64,000 bases of DNA from Clostridia bacterium (GTDB lineage Bacteria; Bacillota; Clostridia; Oscillospirales; CAG-272). Position numbers and translations under genes: made by a program. The notes under the pieces were generated by a model. The model worked only from the letters and a program-made list of their open reading frames with translations, did not search any database and was not told where the DNA came from. Numbering within the stretch: position 1 is the stretch's first letter; the number at the start of each line of letters is the position of its first letter. Below are positions 8,162-16,218 of the stretch, one piece after another. The stretch spans positions 67,936 to 131,935 of the forward strand of contig JAFOEU010000058.1 of assembly GCA_017387685.1 (NCBI GenBank), in the 5' to 3' direction.

Positions 8162-9607
8162 TCAGAATATTATATCGCGGAAGGGTTCGGTTGCGAGAGC
8201 GGGATATTGGGGCAGATAGTAATAGATGCAGAGTATGAATACCGCAAGCAGGAGCATTGACCAAGCAAATCTCCATTTTCCGCTTTTGAGGAATGGAGAT
8301 TGGCGTCGCTTAAAGGTCATGCCGAGTATGACGGGCAATTGAACAAGAGCGATAAATGCGAGTATGATCGGTAATTCAAGGTTTATCAGCGTTTGGCTTG
8401 TAAGATAATACTGAAGCGGCTTGCCGATGGTGATGTTTCCGAAGATGACCTCAAGGCTTGAAAGATCGCGAGTCCTTATCAGCATCCAGAAAAGGGTGAT
8501 GAAAAGAAATGTGGCGATCGATCCGATGGTTTTTAAGATCTTTTTTCTTTCAAACAATTCCTTCAGATCAACAAGCTCTCCCACCACAGGAGGTATGAGC
8601 AGTATAGCAATCGCGGGGAGCACCCTGATTCCTATCTTGAACCAAAGGAGCATAAAGAGGGCGCAGATGGCAGAGATGAGCGCGTTCAACGCCTTCTTTT
8701 TGCGACGGTCTTCAATATCCTCCGGCAGCATAGCTGTGAGAGGGCGGCGGATGTAATCGCGTATCCATTCGCCGAGGCTCGCAAGGAAATTATTTGCATA
8801 CTCCATCGGAGTGTGCGCGAGGATGCAGACACCAAAATCGGGCTGAAGACTTATTCCGAGCATAGCGCAGATACCGCGCGCCATATCGGAATAGCCTGAA
8901 AATGCGAAATATACTGCGGTGAGCAACAGCACTGCAAGGATCAATCCGACACCGACGCTGATAGGCTCCTCGGTGTAATCCATCATTCTTTCTACAATCG
9001 AATCATAAGAAGCGTCAAAAAATGATGCGATCGCTACGCGCTTGATAAATCCTTGGGCAAACAGAATGATTCCCGAGGAGACACCTGCTGCCGTGAAATG
9101 CAGGCTTTCAGGCTCAATCAGTTTGCGAAAATTTTTATATTTGATCACAGGACCTGCGATCATTACGGGGAAGAATGTGATGTAGGTTAAAACCTCGATG
9201 AATCTTCGCGGCATCGGTGCATCTCCACGACGGATATCAACGATACAGGAAAGGCATGAGAGCAGATAAAAGGATGCGCCGATGGGAAGGTAGCGGCGAG
9301 CGGCAGCTTCGTCCGCCCACACACCAAGATATCGAAGTACCGCAAGGACGCCGAAAAGCACACATACGACAAATATGATAGGATAGGTCTTTTTGACGCT
9401 GAATACGGCAAATGCGGCGCAATAGGTAAATACCGCGCAAAGAAGGATGAATAGTAATGACGCGGGGCTTTCAAAGCAAGCAAGGGCGTAGAAAGCGAGG
9501 TTGAAGATAAGTATCGCACGCGGGCGCAACCTCGGAGGAGTCAGCGTGTAGACTCCGAGCATCAGGGGTAAAAAAAGCAGCAGAAAAACAGGTGACGTAA
9601 ATAACAT
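8162..9607 (-). CDS. MBOAT-family membrane-bound O-acyltransferase homologue (AlgI/DltB-like)
   Basis: Polytopic membrane ORF. The segment EYANNFLASLGEWIRDYIRRPL aligns with MBOAT EFWRRWHISLSxWLRDYxYxPL. I chose the ATG at 9607 (MLFTSPVFLL, RBS GGAGG) instead of the 9673 start in the ORF track. Confidence 0.8.
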   Translation of the reverse strand: MLFTSPVFLLLFLPLMLGVYTLTPPRLRPRAILIFNLAFYALACFESPASLLFILLCAVFTYCAAFAVFSVKKTYPIIFVVCVLFGVLAVLRYLGVWADEAAARRYLPIGASFYLLSCLSCIVDIRRGDAPMPRRFIEVLTYITFFPVMIAGPVIKYKNFRKLIEPESLHFTAAGVSSGIILFAQGFIKRVAIASFFDASYDSIVERMMDYTEEPISVGVGLILAVLLLTAVYFAFSGYSDMARGICAMLGISLQPDFGVCILAHTPMEYANNFLASLGEWIRDYIRRPLTAMLPEDIEDRRKKKALNALISAICALFMLLWFKIGIRVLPAIAILLIPPVVGELVDLKELFERKKILKTIGSIATFLFITLFWMLIRTRDLSSLEVIFGNITIGKPLQYYLTSQTLINLELPIILAFIALVQLPVILGMTFKRRQSPFLKSGKWRFAWSMLLLAVFILCIYYYLPQYPALATEPFRDIIF

Positions 9608-9766
9608 TATCACTACCTCCTTTTCTGCTTGATATAATTTATGTATTATATAATAATATAATATCACATTCATGAGGATAATTCAAGTGCCGCGGCGAAA
9701 AAAGTCGGATTCTCGAATATTGTTGATACTTTGTTAAGAATTTCATTAAATATTTTACAAATTCCA

Positions 9767-9795
9767 TTGACAAATGTTCGAAAGTAATGTATAAT
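9767..9795 (+). promoter_or_regulatory. Consensus promoter (TTGACA-17-TATAAT) for the GLUG surface protein gene
   Basis: -35 at 9767-9772 and -10 at 9790-9795. Confidence 0.6.
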
Positions 9796-9832
9796 AATTG
9801 TAACTAAATTTAATATGAAAGGAACACGCAAA

Positions 9833-11371
9833 ATGAAAAAAGCATTATCAATTCTGCTGTTCACGGCTATGATCGTCGCTCTGTTTGCTTTCCCGACGAG
9901 CGCGGCTTGGGACGGCACGGCTTCCGCTTCCCTTAAGGGCGACGGAACTCAGGATTCCCCCTACCTCGTAGAAACAGCCGAGGATCTCGCATTCCTCGCA
10001 AAGTCCGTAAACGAGGGCAACACCTACGAGGGTAAGTACATCGTTCAGACTGCCGATATCGATCTCGGCGGTAAGGAATGGACTCCCATCGGTCATCAGA
10101 AGGTCAACTCCGCTGAAACCGACGCTCCTTTCTCGGGCGTTTACAGCGGTCTCGGCCACAAGGTAACCGGTCTTTCGATCACTACTGCAATCGATAACCA
10201 CATGGGTCTCTTCGGATACGTAATGTCCGGCGAGGCAGAAGCAGGTATCGCAAACCTCACGGTTGAGGGTGCCATCACACTTTCCGGTATTACCCAAACC
10301 AACATCGGTATCGGCGGTCTCGCCGGTTCGATCGGTAAGGATACCTCCTCGTTCAAGGCGAATATCGTTGTCATCAACTGTACCTCGAACGTAACCGTAA
10401 CTCTTACCGGCACTACCGGTGAGCCCAGAGTCGGCGGTCTTGCAGGCTACGCATTCTATGCAAAGCTTGAAAATTGCGTCAGCAACAACGACGTCAAGGT
10501 TGAAACCAACAACCAGTCGAGAGCCGGCGGTCTCGTTGGTCAGACCAACCGCTCGCACTTCCTCGGATGCGTTAACAACGGTAACGTAACCGTTGATATG
10601 GGTACTGCCGCAAAGGCAGGCCGCGCTGCAGGTATCGCTTCTGTCGTAACCCGTGGCGGCGCCAAGGGCGACGAGGCAACCGCTACCTACACCGTATTCG
10701 AGAACTGCATCAACAACGGTGCTATCTCGGGCAAGAACGGCAACAATATGTGGGTTGCAGGTATCGCTGCTGACTTCTATGTAAACGCTTCCAACTGGCC
10801 CGGCAAGGATGCAAAGGTTAAGTTCATCAACTGTGTCAACAACGGCGCGATCGCTTCCGAAACCTCCAACACCGCTAACTACCCGCACGCGGGCGGTATC
10901 GCAGGCTACACTCAGAACGGATACACCGACTACGAGTTTATCGGCTGTGTAAACACCGCTGAGATCTCCAGCGTAGGCGGTAAGGAAGTTCGTGCGGGCG
11001 GTATCGTAGGATCTGTTTACGCATCCGCTGCAGAGTACAAGTTCGATAACTGCATCGCAGTCGGCGAGCTCAAGTCCTCTTGCTTCTCCCTTAAGAATAA
11101 GGCAGACGCTCTTGCAACCTCCACAGCTAACGCTGACGCCGCTACCGTAGCCGCAGCAGTTAAGGCTGTTGAGGATCAGATCAAGACCTCTGACACCACC
11201 ATTGCAGGCTTCGATGCCACCAAGGGCGCTCCCGCTCCCGAGGTAACCGAGCCCGAAACCACCGAGCCCGAAACACCTCCCACCACGGGTGACGCTTCTA
11301 TGATCTTCGCAGTAATCGCAGTTATCTCCCTCGCAGGTGTAGCTGTTATCTCGAAGAGAAGAGAAAACTGA
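9833..11371 (+). CDS. Secreted GLUG-repeat surface protein with a C-terminal PPTTG sorting-signal-like motif, TM segment and basic tail
   Basis: Signal peptide MKKALSILLFTAMIVALFAFPTSA. Repeated GGLAG/GGLVG/GGIAG/GGIVG motifs spaced by NC.N..V segments. C-terminus is TEPETTEPETPPTTGDASMIFAVIAVISLAGVAVISKRREN. The ATG at 9833 has an AAAGGA RBS. Confidence 0.8.
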   Translation: MKKALSILLFTAMIVALFAFPTSAAWDGTASASLKGDGTQDSPYLVETAEDLAFLAKSVNEGNTYEGKYIVQTADIDLGGKEWTPIGHQKVNSAETDAPFSGVYSGLGHKVTGLSITTAIDNHMGLFGYVMSGEAEAGIANLTVEGAITLSGITQTNIGIGGLAGSIGKDTSSFKANIVVINCTSNVTVTLTGTTGEPRVGGLAGYAFYAKLENCVSNNDVKVETNNQSRAGGLVGQTNRSHFLGCVNNGNVTVDMGTAAKAGRAAGIASVVTRGGAKGDEATATYTVFENCINNGAISGKNGNNMWVAGIAADFYVNASNWPGKDAKVKFINCVNNGAIASETSNTANYPHAGGIAGYTQNGYTDYEFIGCVNTAEISSVGGKEVRAGGIVGSVYASAAEYKFDNCIAVGELKSSCFSLKNKADALATSTANADAATVAAAVKAVEDQIKTSDTTIAGFDATKGAPAPEVTEPETTEPETPPTTGDASMIFAVIAVISLAGVAVISKRREN

Positions 11372-11387
11372 TACTAAAGCAATAGAA

Positions 11388-11428
11388 TAAAAACAGCCTC
11401 ACGCGGCACGCCGCGTGAGGCTGTTTTT
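11388..11428. terminator. Bidirectional terminator between the surface protein and HPr-like genes
   Basis: 14-bp stem ACAGCCTCACGCGG/CCGCGTGAGGCTGT flanked by an A-run and a T-run. Confidence 0.75.
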
Positions 11429-11436
11429 GCTTATGC

Positions 11437-11676
11437 TTACTTAACGATGTAAGCCTCGATCTCTGCGAAGAAGGGATCAGTGCTGTCGGTGTGAGCGGTG
11501 AGCTCGAGCTCTTCTCTGAGGTCGAGACAGAACATACCCATAATAGACTTGCCGTCTACGGTGTATCTGCCCGACTTGAGCTCGACGTCAAAGTCGTATT
11601 TGCCCGAGATAGCGACGAAATTGTAGAGATCAGCGATGGTTACAAGGCGGATCTTGACTACGGTAATGGATTCCAT
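11437..11676 (-). CDS. HPr-family-like small protein lacking the His15 phosphorylation site
   Basis: 79 aa. GKSIMGMFCLDL aligns with the HPr LKSIMGVMSLGV (Ser46 region). The position of HARPA is occupied by TIADL. Confidence 0.65.
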   Translation of the reverse strand: MESITVVKIRLVTIADLYNFVAISGKYDFDVELKSGRYTVDGKSIMGMFCLDLREELELTAHTDSTDPFFAEIEAYIVK

Positions 11677-11926
11677 GATTTGTACCTCCGTGGTGATTTA
11701 TTTAACACTATTATTTTACCATTAACGAGAGAAAAAGTCAATGGTACAGCAGTTAATTCGGATAAAAAATAGAACGATTTTTTGCGACATTTTAATTTAC
11801 CTTTTTGTGCATTATATTTAATATCGAAATGTATAATACAAATTCATTAGAAAACCATCGAAATAAGATTAAAATGATACAAAATATATTAGAAAATCGT
11901 GATATTAAAAAAGCGCAAATTGGGTA

Positions 11927-11955
11927 TTGCAAAATTGGGAAAAATAGTGTATAAT
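11927..11955 (+). promoter_or_regulatory. Promoter (TTGCAA-17-TATAAT) for the topoisomerase B-like gene
   Basis: -35 at 11927-11932 and -10 at 11950-11955, in a 315-bp AT-rich spacer. Confidence 0.55.
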
Positions 11956-11991
11956 ATTATATATACGATTTGATATACAAGGATAATAAAT

Positions 11992-14106
11992 ATGGCAGCA
12001 AAAAAGACAGAAACGAAAACGAAAAAAAGTGCCTCCGCCGAGCCTGAAAAAAAGGCAAAGGCAAAGGCTAAAGGCGCGGCTGCGGAAACAAAAAAGGTAC
12101 CGGTTTCCGACGATCCCGCTGCTTATAACAATGACAGTATCGTCCTCTTAAAGGGCGCGGACAGAGTAAGAAAGCGTCCGAGCGTTATCTTCGGCTCGGA
12201 CAATATTGAGGGATGCAAGCATTGCTTTTTTGAAATTCTTGCTAACGCGATCGACGAGTCGAACGCGGGTTACGGACGCGAGATCAGAGTCTATGCATAC
12301 AACGATCACTCAATGAAGGTCGAGGATTTCGGCCGAGGCGTTCCTCTGGGATACAACGAAAAAGAGGGAAGATATAACTGGGAGCTCGTCTTCTGCGAGC
12401 TTTTCGCGGGCGGTAAAATGGACAACAATACCGACGAGGCAGTCTATAAATCCTCTCTCGGAACCAACGGCCTCGGTGCTTGCGCGACGCAGTATGCCTC
12501 CTCGTTTATGACGGTCGATTCCTTTGACGGCAAGTACGTGAGCTCGATCAGATTTGAAAAGGGTGAGCCCGTGACCGAGCTTGAACGCTATGAGCTCTCG
12601 CCCGCCGACAGACGCACGGGCACGGTTATTCATTGGCGTCCTGACCTCGAGGTCTTCACCGATATCAACATTCCCACCGACTATTTTAAGGAGGTCCTCC
12701 ACCGTCAGGCGGCAATAAACTACGGCGTGAAATTCTTGCTCGAAATCGAAGGTGATGACGGCAAGGTCGAAAATTTTGAATATTTCTATTCCGCAGAGGA
12801 CGGTCTTCGCGAGTATCTTTGCGAGCTCGCGGAGAATAAATTCCTGACCGAGCCGGTCTTCTGGCAGTCGAAAACACGCGGTAAGGACCGCGGTGACAGA
12901 CAGGAATATCCGCTCGAAGCCGACTACGTTTTCTGCTTCACGCAGGCACTCGGCGTTCAGGAATACTACCACAACTCGAGCTATCTTGAGCACGGAGGCT
13001 CGCCCGACAAGGCGGTCCGCGCGGCTTTCGTCAGCGCGATCGACAAGTATCTGCGAGACTCGGGCAAGTACAGCAAAAACGAAACAAAGATAAATTATTC
13101 GGATATCGCCGACAGCCTTGTGCTCGTTATCTCGAGCCATTCGACGGTTGCTTCTTATGAAAACCAGACGAAAAAGGCAATCACCAACTCCTTTATTCAG
13201 GAGTCGATGACCGACGTGCTGAAGGAAAATCTTGCTACCTATTTTACAGAAAAGCCCGCCGAGGCAGAGAAGATCGCGGCTCAGGTTCTTATCAACAAGC
13301 GAAGCCGTGAGAGCTCACTCAAGAACCGCCTTGATATCAAAAAGAAGCTCTCCGCCGCGATGGATGTTTCCTACCGCGTTGAGAAATTCGTCGGCTGCCG
13401 CTCGAAGGATCCCTCGATCCGCGAGCTGTATATAGTTGAGGGAGACTCCGCGCTGACCTCCTGTAAGCTCGCGCGTGAGGCGGAATTTCAGGCAATCATA
13501 CCCGTCCGCGGTAAGACTCTCAACTGTATGAAGAGCGACTACAAGCAGATCTTCGCAAGCGAAATTATTGTCGACCTTCTCCGTGTTATCGGCTGCGGAG
13601 TCGAGCTTGACTCGAAGGCGAAAAAGCACAGCGATATGAGCGAGTTTGATCTCTCTGCGCTGCGTTGGTCGAAGATCATTATTTGTACCGATGCCGACGA
13701 GGACGGCTTCCAGATCAGAACTTTGCTTTTGACGATGTTCTACCGTCTGCTTCCTACCCTCATCGAGGAGGGCAAGATCTTTATTGCCGAAACGCCCCTC
13801 TATGAGATCACAACTAAGGATGATACCTTCTTCGCCTACGACGAAAAGGAAAAGACCGAGATACTCAAAAAGATCGGTGACAAAAAATACACTCTTCAGC
13901 GTTCAAAGGGACTTGGTGAAAACGAGGCTGATATGATGTCTCGCACCACTATGAAGCCCGCAACGCGCAGACTTATTGCCGTCAAGCCCGCAGACGCGGC
14001 GGCAACAGAGGAGATCTTCGACGTTCTCCTTGGCAACAACCTTGCGGGAAGAAAGACATTTATCGCGGAACACGCGGGAGAATATATGAAAGACGTTGAC
14101 GTCTGA
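11992..14106 (+). CDS. Type IIA DNA topoisomerase subunit B homologue (GyrB/ParE-like) with a Lys/Ala-rich N-terminal tail
   Basis: GHKL-like EILANAIDES and GTNGLGACATQ. TOPRIM ELYIVEGDSALTSCK and IIICTDADEDGFQIRTLLLTMFYR. C-terminal QRSKGLGEN. The first ~45 aa are K/A/E-rich. Confidence 0.85.
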   Translation: MAAKKTETKTKKSASAEPEKKAKAKAKGAAAETKKVPVSDDPAAYNNDSIVLLKGADRVRKRPSVIFGSDNIEGCKHCFFEILANAIDESNAGYGREIRVYAYNDHSMKVEDFGRGVPLGYNEKEGRYNWELVFCELFAGGKMDNNTDEAVYKSSLGTNGLGACATQYASSFMTVDSFDGKYVSSIRFEKGEPVTELERYELSPADRRTGTVIHWRPDLEVFTDINIPTDYFKEVLHRQAAINYGVKFLLEIEGDDGKVENFEYFYSAEDGLREYLCELAENKFLTEPVFWQSKTRGKDRGDRQEYPLEADYVFCFTQALGVQEYYHNSSYLEHGGSPDKAVRAAFVSAIDKYLRDSGKYSKNETKINYSDIADSLVLVISSHSTVASYENQTKKAITNSFIQESMTDVLKENLATYFTEKPAEAEKIAAQVLINKRSRESSLKNRLDIKKKLSAAMDVSYRVEKFVGCRSKDPSIRELYIVEGDSALTSCKLAREAEFQAIIPVRGKTLNCMKSDYKQIFASEIIVDLLRVIGCGVELDSKAKKHSDMSEFDLSALRWSKIIICTDADEDGFQIRTLLLTMFYRLLPTLIEEGKIFIAETPLYEITTKDDTFFAYDEKEKTEILKKIGDKKYTLQRSKGLGENEADMMSRTTMKPATRRLIAVKPADAAATEEIFDVLLGNNLAGRKTFIAEHAGEYMKDVDV

Positions 14107-14122
14107 TGAAAGGATTTTTACA

Positions 14123-15841
14123 ATGAAGAAGCTTATTTCAATTTTAGTATTCTTGCTTGCGGCAGTAATGCTTGCATCTGTTTTCACCGCTTGTAACGGT
14201 GAGGGCGAAACCACCACCGAGGCGGCAGATACCACCGAGGCGATCGAAACCGAAGCGCCCGCTCCTGCTACCATCAAGCTGACCGAAGGCAAAAAGCCAC
14301 TCTACACAATCATTCGCCCCGACGAGTCAGAGCAGGCTATTTACGATCTTGCAAGAAATATTGCGGAAGATCTTAAGAAGGCAACCGGTATGACCTTTAA
14401 TCACGGCACAGACTTTATGGGCTGGAATACCGTTCGCGATCCCGAGGCTTACGAGATACTCCTCGGTTATACAAACTACGACGAGACCGCAGAGATCATG
14501 AAGGATCTCAAATATTACGATTACGCTATCGTTATCCGCGGACACAAGATCATTATCACCGCGTATACAGATTCTACTCTCAGAAAGGCGGTCACCTACT
14601 TCCGCAACAATATGCTCCCCCTTATCGCGCAGGGTGAGGACGGTGACTATACCATCAACCTTTTCGAGGATTATATCTACCACGGAAAGTATAACGTCGA
14701 CACCGTGACTCTCGACGGCAAGGATCTTCGCGATTACGTTATAGTCTACGGCAAGGGAACTCCCTCGGGAGAAGCAGCGGCGATTAAGGTCGCCGAGGTC
14801 CTTGCAAGTGCAACGGGCATTTATCTTCCCGTCGTCAACGATAAGGAAGCCGAGACCGATTGCGAGATCCTCGTAGGCAAGACCAACCGTGCGGCAAGCG
14901 CGGGCTCCGAGACGGTGGCTAATCTTTCCTACAACGTCTCCCTCCAATCGGGCAAGCTTGTGTTTGATTGCAGAAGCCTGCAGACCGCAGAGGCGGCTGC
15001 CAGAAAGTTTTACGCTTCAAATATGTCCTCCGGCGCAAACGTCGCCCTCACCTCGGGTGCGCTTTGCTCGGGTACTCTCCTGACGGAGACCGATTTCCCG
15101 ATGACCGCGGGAAGCGATATTCGTATCGTTACCTATAATATCCTCACCGAAAAGTGGGGCGGAACCGAGACCTCTGCGAGAGCGGAAGTCTTCGGTGCAT
15201 TCCTTGACGTATATAAGCCCGACGTCGTAGGCGTTCAGGAGCTTTGTGAGCAGTGGAGAAAGTATCTGCCGAGCCACCTCGGCAACTACAAGCTGATCGG
15301 TACCGTCCGCGAGGATAAGGGCTTCAGCTATTCCGCGATCGTTTATGATGCTACTAAATACGAGGTTCTCGCGCAGGGCTGTGAGACCTATTCCTACCAC
15401 GCAAGTGCCGAGTGCCGCAATATGTCCTGGGCAGTATTTATGAATCCCAAGACGGGCGTGAAGTTTGCATTTATCTCGACTCACTGGGACTTCGGTAACG
15501 AGGATAACAAGCAGCAGATGCGTAAGGTTCAGGCTGAAGAAATGACCAAGAAGATCGAAAGCCTCAAGGCAGAATACGGTTGCCCCGTTATCATCACGGG
15601 TGACTTCAACTGCAACAACAATTCCGATTCTTATAAATACTTTATGAGCATCAACGGAATGACCAACGCGCTGACGAACTCCGAGTATTACTACAACTCC
15701 AAGGGCACGAACTCGATCGACTTCGTTATGATCACGAAGGAGGACGGCGTGTTCAAGGGCTACCGCAAGCTTCTTGATAACGGCCTCGAGACCCTTTCCG
15801 ACCACAAGGCAAACCTTGCGGATATTGATTTGATTCCTTAA
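14123..15841 (+). CDS. Lipoprotein with two N-terminal alpha/beta modules and a C-terminal endonuclease/exonuclease/phosphatase (EEP) domain
   Basis: Lipobox LASVFTAC followed by a T/E-rich linker. The C-terminal part has EEP-like features: IRIVTYNIL, DVVGVQE, IITGDFN, SDHKA. Confidence 0.8.
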   Translation: MKKLISILVFLLAAVMLASVFTACNGEGETTTEAADTTEAIETEAPAPATIKLTEGKKPLYTIIRPDESEQAIYDLARNIAEDLKKATGMTFNHGTDFMGWNTVRDPEAYEILLGYTNYDETAEIMKDLKYYDYAIVIRGHKIIITAYTDSTLRKAVTYFRNNMLPLIAQGEDGDYTINLFEDYIYHGKYNVDTVTLDGKDLRDYVIVYGKGTPSGEAAAIKVAEVLASATGIYLPVVNDKEAETDCEILVGKTNRAASAGSETVANLSYNVSLQSGKLVFDCRSLQTAEAAARKFYASNMSSGANVALTSGALCSGTLLTETDFPMTAGSDIRIVTYNILTEKWGGTETSARAEVFGAFLDVYKPDVVGVQELCEQWRKYLPSHLGNYKLIGTVREDKGFSYSAIVYDATKYEVLAQGCETYSYHASAECRNMSWAVFMNPKTGVKFAFISTHWDFGNEDNKQQMRKVQAEEMTKKIESLKAEYGCPVIITGDFNCNNNSDSYKYFMSINGMTNALTNSEYYYNSKGTNSIDFVMITKEDGVFKGYRKLLDNGLETLSDHKANLADIDLIP

Positions 15842-15856
15842 AATAAGCATAAAAAT

Positions 15857-15881
15857 AAAAACGGCACATCGTGCCGTTTTT
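15857..15881. terminator. Bidirectional terminator
   Basis: AAAAACGGCAC-ATC-GTGCCGTTTTT. Confidence 0.7.
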
Positions 15882-15885
15882 ATTT

Positions 15886-16134
15886 TTATCTATTCATCAT
15901 CGTGTCCGAGATGACCTTGAGGACTCTGTCGTAGCAGCCGCCGCAGCCGGTGGAGCAGTGGGTGGTCTTCTTGACGTCCTCGAAAACATCGAGGAGGTTT
16001 TCAACCTTGGAGTGCTTCTCAAGCGCATCGAGTATGTTGAAGTAGCTTACGTTCTTGCAGTTGCAGATCTTGAAGTCGGTTGCAGAGTTGGTGTTTACGG
16101 GCTTAAGGTCGCAGGTCTTGTTTTCGTTTGACAT
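15886..16134 (-). CDS. BFD-like (2Fe-2S)-binding domain protein
   Basis: 82 aa with cysteine pairs ICNCKNV and TGCGGC at the spacing typical of BFD-like [2Fe-2S] domains. Confidence 0.7.
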   Translation of the reverse strand: MSNENKTCDLKPVNTNSATDFKICNCKNVSYFNILDALEKHSKVENLLDVFEDVKKTTHCSTGCGGCYDRVLKVISDTMMNR

Positions 16135-16218
16135 TGGTTTTTCCTCCGTGTCTTGTTTTATTGTAATTATTATATCATATCCCGGTCAGAATTTCCGTGA
16201 TTCGGTCACATTCCGGGA

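Noticed and set aside
9608-9673. 22-codon N-terminal extension of the MBOAT ORF
   Set aside because: The extension is AT-rich and covers the GGAGG RBS that precedes the ATG at 9607. MLFTSPVFLL is the typical MBOAT start.
9848-10888. 346-aa reverse ORF
   Set aside because: It is antisense to the GLUG-repeat gene, which has a signal peptide, repeats and a sorting signal. The antisense product has no features.
11225-11290. Short tandem DNA repeats (ACCGAGCCCGAAAC x2), and similar repeats at 52585-52625
   Set aside because: They encode T/E/P-rich linker peptides (TEPETTEPET, TLEETILEETT) within ORFs. They are not CRISPR or non-coding repeats.
11677-11991. 315-bp AT-rich spacer, examined for a riboswitch, T-box or sRNA
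   Set aside because: I could see only promoter-like hexamers and short ATCGAAAT-type repeats. There is no extended conserved-looking secondary structure or known leader motif. An Rfam scan would be needed to exclude a small RNA.
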